Shown here one piece after another: positions 1-8,948 of a stretch of 35,488 nucleotides of DNA (position 1 is the first letter of the stretch; the number at the start of each line of letters is the position of its first letter). The notes under the pieces are model-generated. The model had not been told where the DNA came from and did not search any database. It saw nothing but the letters and a program-made list of their open reading frames with translations. Both the position numbers and the translations under genes were made by a program. The DNA comes from Bacilli bacterium (GTDB taxonomy: Bacteria; Bacillota_I; Bacilli_A; RFN20; CAG-826): positions 1-35,488 of the forward strand of contig JAZLKX010000048.1 in the NCBI GenBank assembly GCA_045597865.1, in the 5' to 3' direction.

Positions 1-3000
1 CAGCCAGCCTTCCAGTTCCTTCACGTTATAGTCTTCGCCATTAACGTTGATAACCTCTGGGCGCTCTGTCTTCTTCTGTGCTTTCTCCTTCAGCCAGTCG
101 CTCAATCCAATCCACTTATCTTCCTCTGCCTTCAAGCCACCATTCTTCTGTATCATGGCAAGCCACTGCTGTGGAGTAGCCTTGTCCTGCTTGATATTTC
201 TTACGGCATTGGCAGCATTGCTGTAGAATGGGTCAGACATGGTTGTCTCCTGTCTCTCCGCTCCCTCTGCAAACCTCTGAGCATCTGCCTGAGATACAAC
301 CTCAACATTGATATTCGGCTGTTCGTTGGCGATTCGCATCACCTCCTCTGTGGCAATGCGCGCCTCCTCTGAATCAATCTCTGTGTATGGCTCTGCAACT
401 GCTTGGCTGAACTCTGCAACGCTGATAGCTTCGTCTCTGCTCTTAGAGTCGTTGCCGAACAAGCTATTATCTTCGCCTACTGCTCCATAGTAATCACCGA
501 ACAATGTCTTTAACTCTTTCTGCGTATTGACTTTATAGCGTCCAGCAAGATATTTTGCTGTGTCGCTGAACCTCTCACCATCTGTCTTGTTGTCAAATAT
601 GGATGTCTGCCTGTTCATGTCGTTAATCACAGCACGTACTTCCTCAAGCGTCTTGGCGTTATTAAAAGCATCTATCCGCTTCATGGTATCAAAAGCAAAA
701 ATAGACTCAACAACGAAGTCTTTCAGTTGCTTTTCTTCTGACAACAAAGCATCACGCCACATGGCTGAAGCAATGGCATTCTGAGCCTTGCTTGGTAATG
801 TGTTGAACAATGCGCGAGTATTGTCTGGAGTGCCATTAAAGATATGTTCGAGTAATAGATTCTCACAATCTTCAACAAATTCTTTTGTAGGCTCTCCATT
901 ATCTCTGAACGCTGATTGATACTGAGTGTCACTTATGGCATTCTGTGCCCTGAGTCTATCCGCAATATCTCTTGCGTTGGCTCTTATTGTCTCTTTGAGT
1001 GTAGCTGCATCATCTTCGCTTACGAGCATATTCTGCACTATGCTTCCAAAGTTAGAACCCAGCTTCTTTGCAGTTTTCTTTGCATCAATGCGTTCTACGC
1101 CACCGCTCTCTGTGTCCTGCGAAGACATCTGACCGAGACGTATTGCCTCTTCGTCTATAACATCTGCAATACGGACAAGCACAGGAGACTTAATGTTGTC
1201 AATCTGCTCTGCTGTAAGACCGAACTCCTGAGCATGATCCTTGAGATACTGCTTGTAGTTGTCTGCTTTGCCAATCTCGTGAGACTCCTTTAGAGCTGCA
1301 CTTCTGTTGTTGCCTTGAATAACCTCGCCACGAGTATTGATTACTGGAGTGCCGACATACGCGGTTACACCTTGTGTGACTTGTGATGGGTCTATGTTCT
1401 GCGCAATCTGTGATGCTCTCGTTGTAGAAGCCTTGTCTGTTCTTTCCTTTGGCTGTGCCTCTGGAATGAAGTGATTAATGTTCACGTTGCCACCGATATG
1501 TGAAGGTTGCAACTCTGAAGCATCAACAACAGCAAACTTGCCTTTTACCTTGTCTTTGTTCGAGAAAATGATTTCCGTATCAGAACCGACCTCTGCTTTA
1601 ACATTGCCTTGTCTGTTGATTCTTTCATCACCTCTCATTCGATAACCGCGCTCACGAGCTCTTGAAGATGTATCTTCAGTCCACTCTGGAACTTCGTTTT
1701 TAGGCTCAATTTCTTTGTTTTTAGAAGATTTGTTTTTACCTTTGTGGTTGGAGGTTGCAGAGCGAGTCTCCTCTGCACTTGCAGTGTCAGAGTGTGGTGT
1801 CGTGTCGCTGCTTCCTTCTTTCTCAATCTCGTATGCAGTTACGACCCAATTCTTATCAACATGAGTCGATGCGTCTCCATCGCCCCAGACTCTCTTAACT
1901 ACAACCTTTTTGCTACCTTTAACGAACTCTGATGTGTTTTCGTGTTCGCCTTGTTCTATAAACCTACCATTGTTTATTATATCTTCTATTTCAGAAGCCA
2001 ATTCCTCTTTTGTTCCGAACTCGTCTTTATGTTTATCCCATATATGAGCAAGACCATAACCTTTGTGCTTTTCACTATTCGTTACTTTGCCCCAGACCAA
2101 ATCTATGTTTCCAAGTTCATCGCGATGGAATACGCCGAGCAAATCGCCATCCTTGTGTTCAAACAACCATTTGAACGCCTCTTTCGCCTTGCCCTTGAAC
2201 TGGTCATACACAGCACCGAATGAGCTTGTTCCTATAGGCTTTATCTCTTCTTCCTTGCTTTCCTTCTTCTCCTCTGCCTTTGGCATCTGCTTCTTCAACT
2301 CATCGAGAATGGCATTGTACTTGTCGAGTTCAGCAAGATGCTCGTCAAGTTCAGCATCCAGTTTCTCAAGTTCTTTCTCCTTGCGCTGGTCTGTCTTGTT
2401 GAGCTTGTCGCGTGTCTTGGCAATATCGTTGTTGATGTTCTTGATAGTAGCCTCAATATTCTTCACTGCCTGCTCCACACTGCCAGCTCTGCGAACAACC
2501 TTATCAACCTCGCTATCCTCTTTCTTCTCTTCCTTCTTCTCTTCCGTATTCTCCGAAGTCTCTCCAATCTGCTCTTGAGTGTCTGCTTCTGGCTGAGCCT
2601 CTTCCTGCTGACTGCGAGCATTCTCTCTCGCTTGTTCCTCAACATCATCGAGACGCATCTGCTTAATCTCGTTAAGTACCGAGCTGTAGTATTCACCCAT
2701 CTGACGAGCATTGTCTGCTCTTGTTGCCTCGGCAATTACGTCTTGGAAGCCGTTGCCACTCTTAGCACCCATCTTGAGAGCTGTTGCTCTATGCTTGGCT
2801 TCTGCTTCAATGGCAGTCTTGATTGCATCATTGATACGTGCTTCAGCAACTCCATAAGGATCTTCAGGGAAAAGACGTTTCATCTGAGCGATTACATTCT
2901 CGGCATGAGTACGTGGGTCTTCGTCTGGAGTGTCATACTCCTTGTTGCGCTTCTCTTCCTCCGCTGCTCTGCGTGCATTCTCTTCATCCTCCTGACGTTG

Positions 3001-6000
3001 CTTAGCCTCTGCCTCTGCTGTGCCTTGTGAGCGCAACACAAGAATGTCAGCCTCACCAAGCAACTGCTGTTGAGGTGTAGATATTTTCTTACCGCTATTG
3101 TCTCTGTCTCTCTTCACAACGACGTTTCCGTCCTCGTCAATCTGAGAGACCATATACATATCGCGTGTACCTTCCTCTCCGTCCATCATGCCGTTTCGGT
3201 AGTCAACTCTGTATCTTCTACCGCCCTGCTCAAACACTTCACCCACGTTGACACTACGAGCGAACTTGTTTGCCTTGATGCCATTCTCAAACTCGCTGAG
3301 AGGTATTGTCATGTCGTATGGCAAACCGTTGTTCATTCTTGTTGAGATATGGATGTTACCGCCATACACGCCAAGTACAGACCACACACTTCCGTTATTG
3401 TCTTGGAATGTGTCGCCAGTTCTATACTCCATCATTGCATTGTAGTCGTCAATGAGTCCATTGCGTGTACCGACTAAGCCTTCCTCAGAAAGGTCATACA
3501 CCTTATCCTCTCTGTATTGCGATGGGTCTATCTCAAATTCCTTGCCATCATTGCCTTGTGTCTTGACGATAATCTTGCCTTCCTCTGTCTGTCCTTTGTA
3601 CCAGACATTAGTGAATTTGTCAGTATTAGGCAATACTGCACGTCCAGCTATTGCAACACCTTCTTCTATAGCGTTAGCCTCTGCCTCTGCCAGTTCATTG
3701 TCTGCATATATGGTAGATAGCAATGAGCGTTTCATCGCATTGTCACCCTTTTGCCCAAGACCATAAACGATGGCTGTAGGTGTCGTATTCAAATCCTCGC
3801 TCATGGCAGCGACATCTTCCTCGCTGATTCCCCAACCTTCAGACAATGCCTGTACTGCTTGAGCATCATTCTTTACAAGTTGCTCTGCTCCATTAGTACC
3901 TTCACCTTCGTCGAGTATCTGCAATGACTTTCTGCGACTCGCAACCTCAACCAATGCAGGAATTATCTGGTGCATCTTCTCAATAGGAACTCCACCCAAT
4001 GTGTTCTTGACGAGTTCTGCCATGTCTTTAGCATCGTATGCCTGTGCTGCCGATGTCATGAATCCCTTGATATCAATATCAACGCCTGCATCAGCAAGGG
4101 CAGTATTCAAGTCTCTTACTGCACCATTGAGATTTGCGTTTGCCTTTATTCGCGAACCAACGCCAGTAGCAAAAGGAATTATAGACATCGCAGAGAAGCC
4201 GACGAACAACTCTTCGAGATTGCCAGCAGAAAAGAAATTCTCCAAGTCGTCGCTTGTTCTCAAGCCCAAGACGTAACGTCCAAGCTCGCCATACATCTCT
4301 TCTGTGACTTCCTCGAATGTACCATGAAAGCCAGCTGCCTTCAACATGCTTGATGTCTTGAATAACGCATTGCCGAGATTAGCGAACACTTGGAATTTAG
4401 TACCTCTCAACTTACTGCTTATGCCAAACAAGTTCATAAATCTGGAAGTAACATCACCGCTTCGCTCGGACATTACCTCGATAGTTCCATCCCAGAACTC
4501 TGCATATTCTTGGTCGGACATTCCTCTGTCTATGACAATCTTTCCCTTGTCGTCAAACTTGAGTGAACGCAACGAAGCCTTTTCTTCCATAGCTCTCGCT
4601 CTGCCTCCAAGTCCGCTCTGTACTGCACCACCTACAACTGCGTCCGTTACAGCTTCACCAACACCTACTGCTGCATCAGCAACCGCTCTGCCAACACCTC
4701 TGTTAAGACCCTCCTTTACAGCCTTTTCCTTTGCTGCTGCTGAGATATATGTGCGCTCGCCATATCTCTTTAGTGAATCTCTGAGTTTGCCAACCTTCTG
4801 AACCATCTTAGCGAACTTATAGCCAGTAGTGCCAGCCTTTACGCCTGCCATGATAGCCTTCTTAGCCAACATGCCCATGCCTTTTTCGGCGATACTGACG
4901 ATAGCACCAGTAGGCGCGTACTCTGCCATCATCGCTACAGACTGACCAGTCATTTCTCCATTGTCAGACCATACAGATGATGTGCCCATTCTGTCCATGT
5001 CTGCCATGATGTTCCAAGCATACGCTCTGATTACATCCGACTCTGCATCTGTAAGGTCAACCTGCACATCACCATTAAAGTATGACTCTATGCCATTCTT
5101 GCCAACCTTCTTCTCAATCTTCTCAAGGATACCGTCTATTATCTGCTGATCGAGAAGTTCCTGCAAACCGAATGAGTAGTTATCCTCGTTGAATGCCTCT
5201 CTGCCGAATCCATTAACAAACGAACCGAAGTTGCCGTTAGTGAAATCTGCCTTGCTGTATGTGTATTTAGCTCGGTCAGCAAGTTTGGCTGCGAGTGCCC
5301 ACGTCGCACCTTCGCCCTTATACTCTCTCTTGACAAATTGCTGGGCATTCATGCCTACAGTTGTTGTGTATGTGACATTTTTAGCCTCATTAAGTCTTGC
5401 TGTATCAAGCAGAGGATCTATAGCCTTAACATTAGCTGCCCACCCTTTGCGTTCATTTTCGAGAGTCTTGACAGCAAGCACCTTATAATAGAAGTCATTG
5501 TTGACTTTATCCTTCATGGTGATGCCGTTCTTGGCATCCATTCGCTTCATTGCTTCAGCAAGCTCGTCATACTTGGCAGCAGCTCTCTTGTCGTCAAGGT
5601 CAATCCATTGATTACCTTTGAATGTCAACGCTCTCTTGTCGTCAGCCAATTTGCCTTTGCTGTCAACATACTGACCTCTAACAACGTCTCCATCTGTGAT
5701 GCCATATATTCTGTCAACTTCCTCGCGTGCGCTCTTGAAGTCGTCACCATCTATATTGACACCTCTGTCCGCTGCGTCTCTATACTTGATTTTTGGAGTG
5801 TAAAGCTGTCTTTCACCCTTATCATCATATATAGGTAACGCTCCATATCGCAGTCTTACAATGTCAGCCTTCTGTTTGTCCGTCGTATTTTCATCCCAGA
5901 GACCGCGCTTCTTGTAAGTCTCATCCATGAACGATATGAACTTAGACATATACTCAGGCTTTGAAAGCATCGTCTGAAGGTCGCTCGCATCATTGATAGT

Positions 6001-6300
6001 CTCACCAAACAAGATAGACAAGTCCTTTTTCGACTTGTTGATTCTACTCTCTATGGAGTCTTTAATCTCGTTCGCCTTCTTCGTAAACTCATTCTCCTTC
6101 TCAACGGCATCAATAACTACATCATTGTTCTTCAACGGAACTTCTGCCTTTGCGTTACTGCCCACCTGACTCGGAGTGTAGCCTTCCAAGTTTTTCTCAA
6201 ACTTATCGTTGCCACCGCTATTCTGTGACGATTGTAATACACCACTGAAGGTTTTATCTACTTTCCCTCCCTGTGTCTCATCTTTCCTTATATCTGGCAT
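1..6300 (-). CDS. Giant polyvalent virion-ejected protein (>2100 aa, 3'-partial) with PBECR-like RNase and ddrB-like ParB domains
   Basis: ATG at 6300 (MPDIRKDETQGG...). Every segment I translated is in the same frame down to base 1 (...PEVINVNGEDYNVKELEGWL), and the track lists no ORF in this frame, consistent with no stop. Motifs: IDLVWGK...GYGLAHIWDKH...NWVVTAYE (~1815-2250); FAVVDASELQPSH...PEAQPKER...GTPVINTRGEVIQGNNRSAAL (~1100-1560); Gly/Ala-rich hydrophobic segments (~4600-4960). Confidence 0.88.
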   Translation of the reverse strand, partial: MPDIRKDETQGGKVDKTFSGVLQSSQNSGGNDKFEKNLEGYTPSQVGSNAKAEVPLKNNDVVIDAVEKENEFTKKANEIKDSIESRINKSKKDLSILFGETINDASDLQTMLSKPEYMSKFISFMDETYKKRGLWDENTTDKQKADIVRLRYGALPIYDDKGERQLYTPKIKYRDAADRGVNIDGDDFKSAREEVDRIYGITDGDVVRGQYVDSKGKLADDKRALTFKGNQWIDLDDKRAAAKYDELAEAMKRMDAKNGITMKDKVNNDFYYKVLAVKTLENERKGWAANVKAIDPLLDTARLNEAKNVTYTTTVGMNAQQFVKREYKGEGATWALAAKLADRAKYTYSKADFTNGNFGSFVNGFGREAFNEDNYSFGLQELLDQQIIDGILEKIEKKVGKNGIESYFNGDVQVDLTDAESDVIRAYAWNIMADMDRMGTSSVWSDNGEMTGQSVAMMAEYAPTGAIVSIAEKGMGMLAKKAIMAGVKAGTTGYKFAKMVQKVGKLRDSLKRYGERTYISAAAKEKAVKEGLNRGVGRAVADAAVGVGEAVTDAVVGGAVQSGLGGRARAMEEKASLRSLKFDDKGKIVIDRGMSDQEYAEFWDGTIEVMSERSGDVTSRFMNLFGISSKLRGTKFQVFANLGNALFKTSSMLKAAGFHGTFEEVTEEMYGELGRYVLGLRTSDDLENFFSAGNLEELFVGFSAMSIIPFATGVGSRIKANANLNGAVRDLNTALADAGVDIDIKGFMTSAAQAYDAKDMAELVKNTLGGVPIEKMHQIIPALVEVASRRKSLQILDEGEGTNGAEQLVKNDAQAVQALSEGWGISEEDVAAMSEDLNTTPTAIVYGLGQKGDNAMKRSLLSTIYADNELAEAEANAIEEGVAIAGRAVLPNTDKFTNVWYKGQTEEGKIIVKTQGNDGKEFEIDPSQYREDKVYDLSEEGLVGTRNGLIDDYNAMMEYRTGDTFQDNNGSVWSVLGVYGGNIHISTRMNNGLPYDMTIPLSEFENGIKANKFARSVNVGEVFEQGGRRYRVDYRNGMMDGEEGTRDMYMVSQIDEDGNVVVKRDRDNSGKKISTPQQQLLGEADILVLRSQGTAEAEAKQRQEDEENARRAAEEEKRNKEYDTPDEDPRTHAENVIAQMKRLFPEDPYGVAEARINDAIKTAIEAEAKHRATALKMGAKSGNGFQDVIAEATRADNARQMGEYYSSVLNEIKQMRLDDVEEQARENARSQQEEAQPEADTQEQIGETSENTEEKKEEKKEDSEVDKVVRRAGSVEQAVKNIEATIKNINNDIAKTRDKLNKTDQRKEKELEKLDAELDEHLAELDKYNAILDELKKQMPKAEEKKESKEEEIKPIGTSSFGAVYDQFKGKAKEAFKWLFEHKDGDLLGVFHRDELGNIDLVWGKVTNSEKHKGYGLAHIWDKHKDEFGTKEELASEIEDIINNGRFIEQGEHENTSEFVKGSKKVVVKRVWGDGDASTHVDKNWVVTAYEIEKEGSSDTTPHSDTASAEETRSATSNHKGKNKSSKNKEIEPKNEVPEWTEDTSSRARERGYRMRGDERINRQGNVKAEVGSDTEIIFSNKDKVKGKFAVVDASELQPSHIGGNVNINHFIPEAQPKERTDKASTTRASQIAQNIDPSQVTQGVTAYVGTPVINTRGEVIQGNNRSAALKESHEIGKADNYKQYLKDHAQEFGLTAEQIDNIKSPVLVRIADVIDEEAIRLGQMSSQDTESGGVERIDAKKTAKKLGSNFGSIVQNMLVSEDDAATLKETIRANARDIADRLRAQNAISDTQYQSAFRDNGEPTKEFVEDCENLLLEHIFNGTPDNTRALFNTLPSKAQNAIASAMWRDALLSEEKQLKDFVVESIFAFDTMKRIDAFNNAKTLEEVRAVINDMNRQTSIFDNKTDGERFSDTAKYLAGRYKVNTQKELKTLFGDYYGAVGEDNSLFGNDSKSRDEAISVAEFSQAVAEPYTEIDSEEARIATEEVMRIANEQPNINVEVVSQADAQRFAEGAERQETTMSDPFYSNAANAVRNIKQDKATPQQWLAMIQKNGGLKAEEDKWIGLSDWLKEKAQKKTERPEVINVNGEDYNVKELEGWL

Positions 6301-6319
6301 AGCTATATATGTTGTTTGA

Positions 6320-8071
6320 TTATTCTATATTACCTGCATTTGGCTTCTGCTCACCATTGTTTTTCTTGTCGCCTCCGTATGGAATAGTGCCGAACTGATC
6401 CCAGGCATATTGTCCTACCGTGCTACCGAACTTAGCTCTCTTGATAGTAGCATTCTCATCGTTTTCTCTCATAGACACAAACGCGGTAACGTCGTCTGGT
6501 ATTATTCCGTTTCTCTTCAATAACTCAAGATTGTTAGGGTCGTTGAATATATTTCTGAGAGTATCTATACCACTTGCTCCTTGATCGAGTGCTCGCATAT
6601 AATCCTGCAATGCACTAAGTCTTTCTGCTTCTGGTCTAATGTGAGCCAATGCGTTTGCAAGCCATATCTTTTCCTCCTCGCCAATAGAGAATGTTCCAGC
6701 ATCCACACCTGCATACAACTCACACTTCCTCATGAAGGCTGGATTACCACTCTGAATAAGGTACTGAGTTGCAATAGATGGGTATTTCTTCATCAATCCC
6801 ATCAACGCACCGCGAACGGACATCTGGTCGCTCTTGGCAAGCAGAGCATTGAGCTGTTCATCCGTAAGGTGTGTGATGTCAGTACCAAGCACATAGTCAC
6901 CATTCTCTGCGAAGTTGCGCAACACGTCTCTAAGAGCATTTCTATCCGTCATGAAAATACCGACTGCTGTCTCGTTGAGTGACTTCTCCTGCTTTGGTGT
7001 TACCCAGAAGTGATTTGGGAATCTGTCACTGTCAGTTCCGTATGCGGTAAACAGGATGTTCGCATCCTCCGAACCACTGCCTCCGCGTCTTGCAACATTG
7101 GCAGCATCGCGTGGAGTGAGCTTGCCCCATGAGATTGATTCCTTCCAAGTGTCCTTGTACTGAGGTATCATCTTTTCTGTAATCTTTCTCTGTCGTTCAA
7201 GGTCGTTCTTGTATGCTGTGTATAGTCCGTTTCGATACTCCTTATCCATAGTGAGGTAGTCGCTGTATTGCTTGGCAAATGTCTGCTTGAGGTTGTTGAT
7301 GTGAGTATCAATAACAGACATCTCCTTCTCACCTTGTGGCTTCTCAAATACAAAACCACCATTCTGTACTGTCTTTGTATCATGGATAACTCCACCGAGC
7401 TTACCGAGAGCAATGATAGCCTTCTGCCAGTTCAATGCCTTCTCTCTGCGTGGATCATACTCTGGCTCTGTCGGTGGTGTGTGCGTCTTTCTGTATGCGT
7501 CAGCCTCTGGTGTTCCACCGAAGATGCCATTGTCAATGAAATTATATATCTCACTGCTTGCTCTGTCATTGTTGAAAGAAGTACCGCTTGACGAACCGCT
7601 ACCACTCTTCAGATTTGGATTCGCCATATTTACCCTTGCCGTATCTACAGAAGGCGTGCCAACCTTATCCCTCTGTGATATTGGAGTCTCTTCGACAGCT
7701 CTCTCACCGAGCAAGTCCGATGGCTTCACATTGTCAAGCTGTCTTGCCTCGTAAGCCTCTGCGTCTTTATTGTATGCGTCGAGAACTGCAATGGAAGCAT
7801 CAATATTTGCCTTGTCGTAGGCATCAAACTGATTGTTCACTTCTTGCTGTAACTGCTGATTGGTCTCTTCCTTGAGACCTTTCTCCTTTGCTATGCCCTC
7901 AGCATTCGCCAATCCTGCCTGATATGATTCTTCTTCAGCAAGTCCTTGCTCCTTGGCTCTCCCTTCCTCCTGAGCCTGCAACATCTGCTCCTCACGTTCT
8001 TTCTCAGCGTAGGCATCATCGAGTTTCCTCTGCTCCCTCCTCGCCCTTATATTCTCTCTTAGTTTTCCCAT
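6320..8071 (-). CDS. Putative internal virion/ejection protein (583 aa)
   Basis: Long helical, charged ORF directly upstream of the giant protein (19-bp gap); imperfect N-terminal repeat EGRAKEQGLAEE/EGIAKEKGLKEE; amphipathic stretch AIIALGKLGGVI. Function inferred from synteny. Confidence 0.6.
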   Translation of the reverse strand: MGKLRENIRARREQRKLDDAYAEKEREEQMLQAQEEGRAKEQGLAEEESYQAGLANAEGIAKEKGLKEETNQQLQQEVNNQFDAYDKANIDASIAVLDAYNKDAEAYEARQLDNVKPSDLLGERAVEETPISQRDKVGTPSVDTARVNMANPNLKSGSGSSSGTSFNNDRASSEIYNFIDNGIFGGTPEADAYRKTHTPPTEPEYDPRREKALNWQKAIIALGKLGGVIHDTKTVQNGGFVFEKPQGEKEMSVIDTHINNLKQTFAKQYSDYLTMDKEYRNGLYTAYKNDLERQRKITEKMIPQYKDTWKESISWGKLTPRDAANVARRGGSGSEDANILFTAYGTDSDRFPNHFWVTPKQEKSLNETAVGIFMTDRNALRDVLRNFAENGDYVLGTDITHLTDEQLNALLAKSDQMSVRGALMGLMKKYPSIATQYLIQSGNPAFMRKCELYAGVDAGTFSIGEEEKIWLANALAHIRPEAERLSALQDYMRALDQGASGIDTLRNIFNDPNNLELLKRNGIIPDDVTAFVSMRENDENATIKRAKFGSTVGQYAWDQFGTIPYGGDKKNNGEQKPNAGNIE

Positions 8072-8095
8072 GATGCGTATGTCGATTTTATTTTA

Positions 8096-8137
8096 TATCT
8101 TTGTATTTATTTAGTCTAAATAAACATTACAAAACTA
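8096..8137. promoter_or_regulatory. Face-to-face Bacteroidota promoters around a perfect 19-bp palindrome
   Basis: TATCTTTG (+) at 8096-8103; TAGTTTTG (-) at 8130-8137; TTTATTTAG-T-CTAAATAAA at 8106-8124. Confidence 0.65.
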
Positions 8138-8143
8138 CTAAAT

Positions 8144-8656
8144 ATGAAAGATATATCCAAAACCCATGATGTGTTTATCTACATTATCGTGCTAACTTGC
8201 TTTGCAATGGCTCATTATGATGGTGCAGGATATGCTTATGGCTCTACATATCAGAGGTTTATTTATATGTTTGCACACGCCAACATACTTCACCTTGCAA
8301 TGAATCTCATTGCCTACTTTTCCATATCACAGATGGTGAAGGGAACAGCCATGCAGTACACTCCATTCCTTGCTGCATTCCTTGCCACATTCGGGACAGA
8401 ATGTGATATTCCTACTGTTGGTCTGTCTGGCGTTATATATGCCATGCTTGCCACAACGACATATTACTTTGAGCAATCACGATGGAGGATATTGTCGTTT
8501 GCCGTAGTAGCTAATGGTCTGTACTATCTGATAGGCAGTGTCAATGTAGGACTGCACGTCCTCTCTTTTGCATACTCGTTGATATTCACATTAATATATG
8601 ACTTATATGAAAGAAGAAAAAACTCCAACATTCAAGGAAGAGTACGAGTTTTCTAA
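8144..8656 (+). CDS. Rhomboid-family intramembrane serine protease (170 aa)
   Basis: YMFAHANILHLAMN (HxxxxHxxxN), catalytic TVGLSG (GxSG), and LHVLSF His in the last helix; multiple hydrophobic helices. Confidence 0.88.
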   Translation: MKDISKTHDVFIYIIVLTCFAMAHYDGAGYAYGSTYQRFIYMFAHANILHLAMNLIAYFSISQMVKGTAMQYTPFLAAFLATFGTECDIPTVGLSGVIYAMLATTTYYFEQSRWRILSFAVVANGLYYLIGSVNVGLHVLSFAYSLIFTLIYDLYERRKNSNIQGRVRVF

Positions 8657-8948
8657 GCAGGCTCTCGCTCGCCTTGAGGTAAACATGGACTACTTGGTAA
8701 AACTTAATCTCATCATGAAGAATGATGGTTGTATCAGTAATCCGAATGTGTTGAAACTTATTATTGATTTGATTGAATGTGACGGCTACTCTGTGGCTAA
8801 ACTCATAAAGCCACTGACGAGAGCATATCGCAGAGCAATAGGAAGAAAGAAGGTCGTTGTAAGAAGCTATGGTATCTTGGTAGGAGAGAAGGAAGAGAAG
8901 AGGGAAGCACGTAATGAAGAAGGAGAAAAGAGAACTGACGATAGGTGA
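8598..8948 (+). CDS. Hypothetical basic protein (alternative start 8607)
   Basis: Bridges and overlaps both rhomboid and terminase on the same strand; no recognisable motif. Confidence 0.6.
   Translation: MTYMKEEKTPTFKEEYEFSKQALARLEVNMDYLVKLNLIMKNDGCISNPNVLKLIIDLIECDGYSVAKLIKPLTRAYRRAIGRKKVVVRSYGILVGEKEEKREARNEEGEKRTDDR

Noticed and set aside
308-5838. Numerous + strand ORFs (e.g. 2338..3030, 2063..2578, 5338..5838) and short off-frame - strand ORFs
   Set aside because: They are antisense or off-frame shadows of the giant 1..6300 gene; their Leu/Ser/Phe-rich composition mirrors its Glu/Lys codons.
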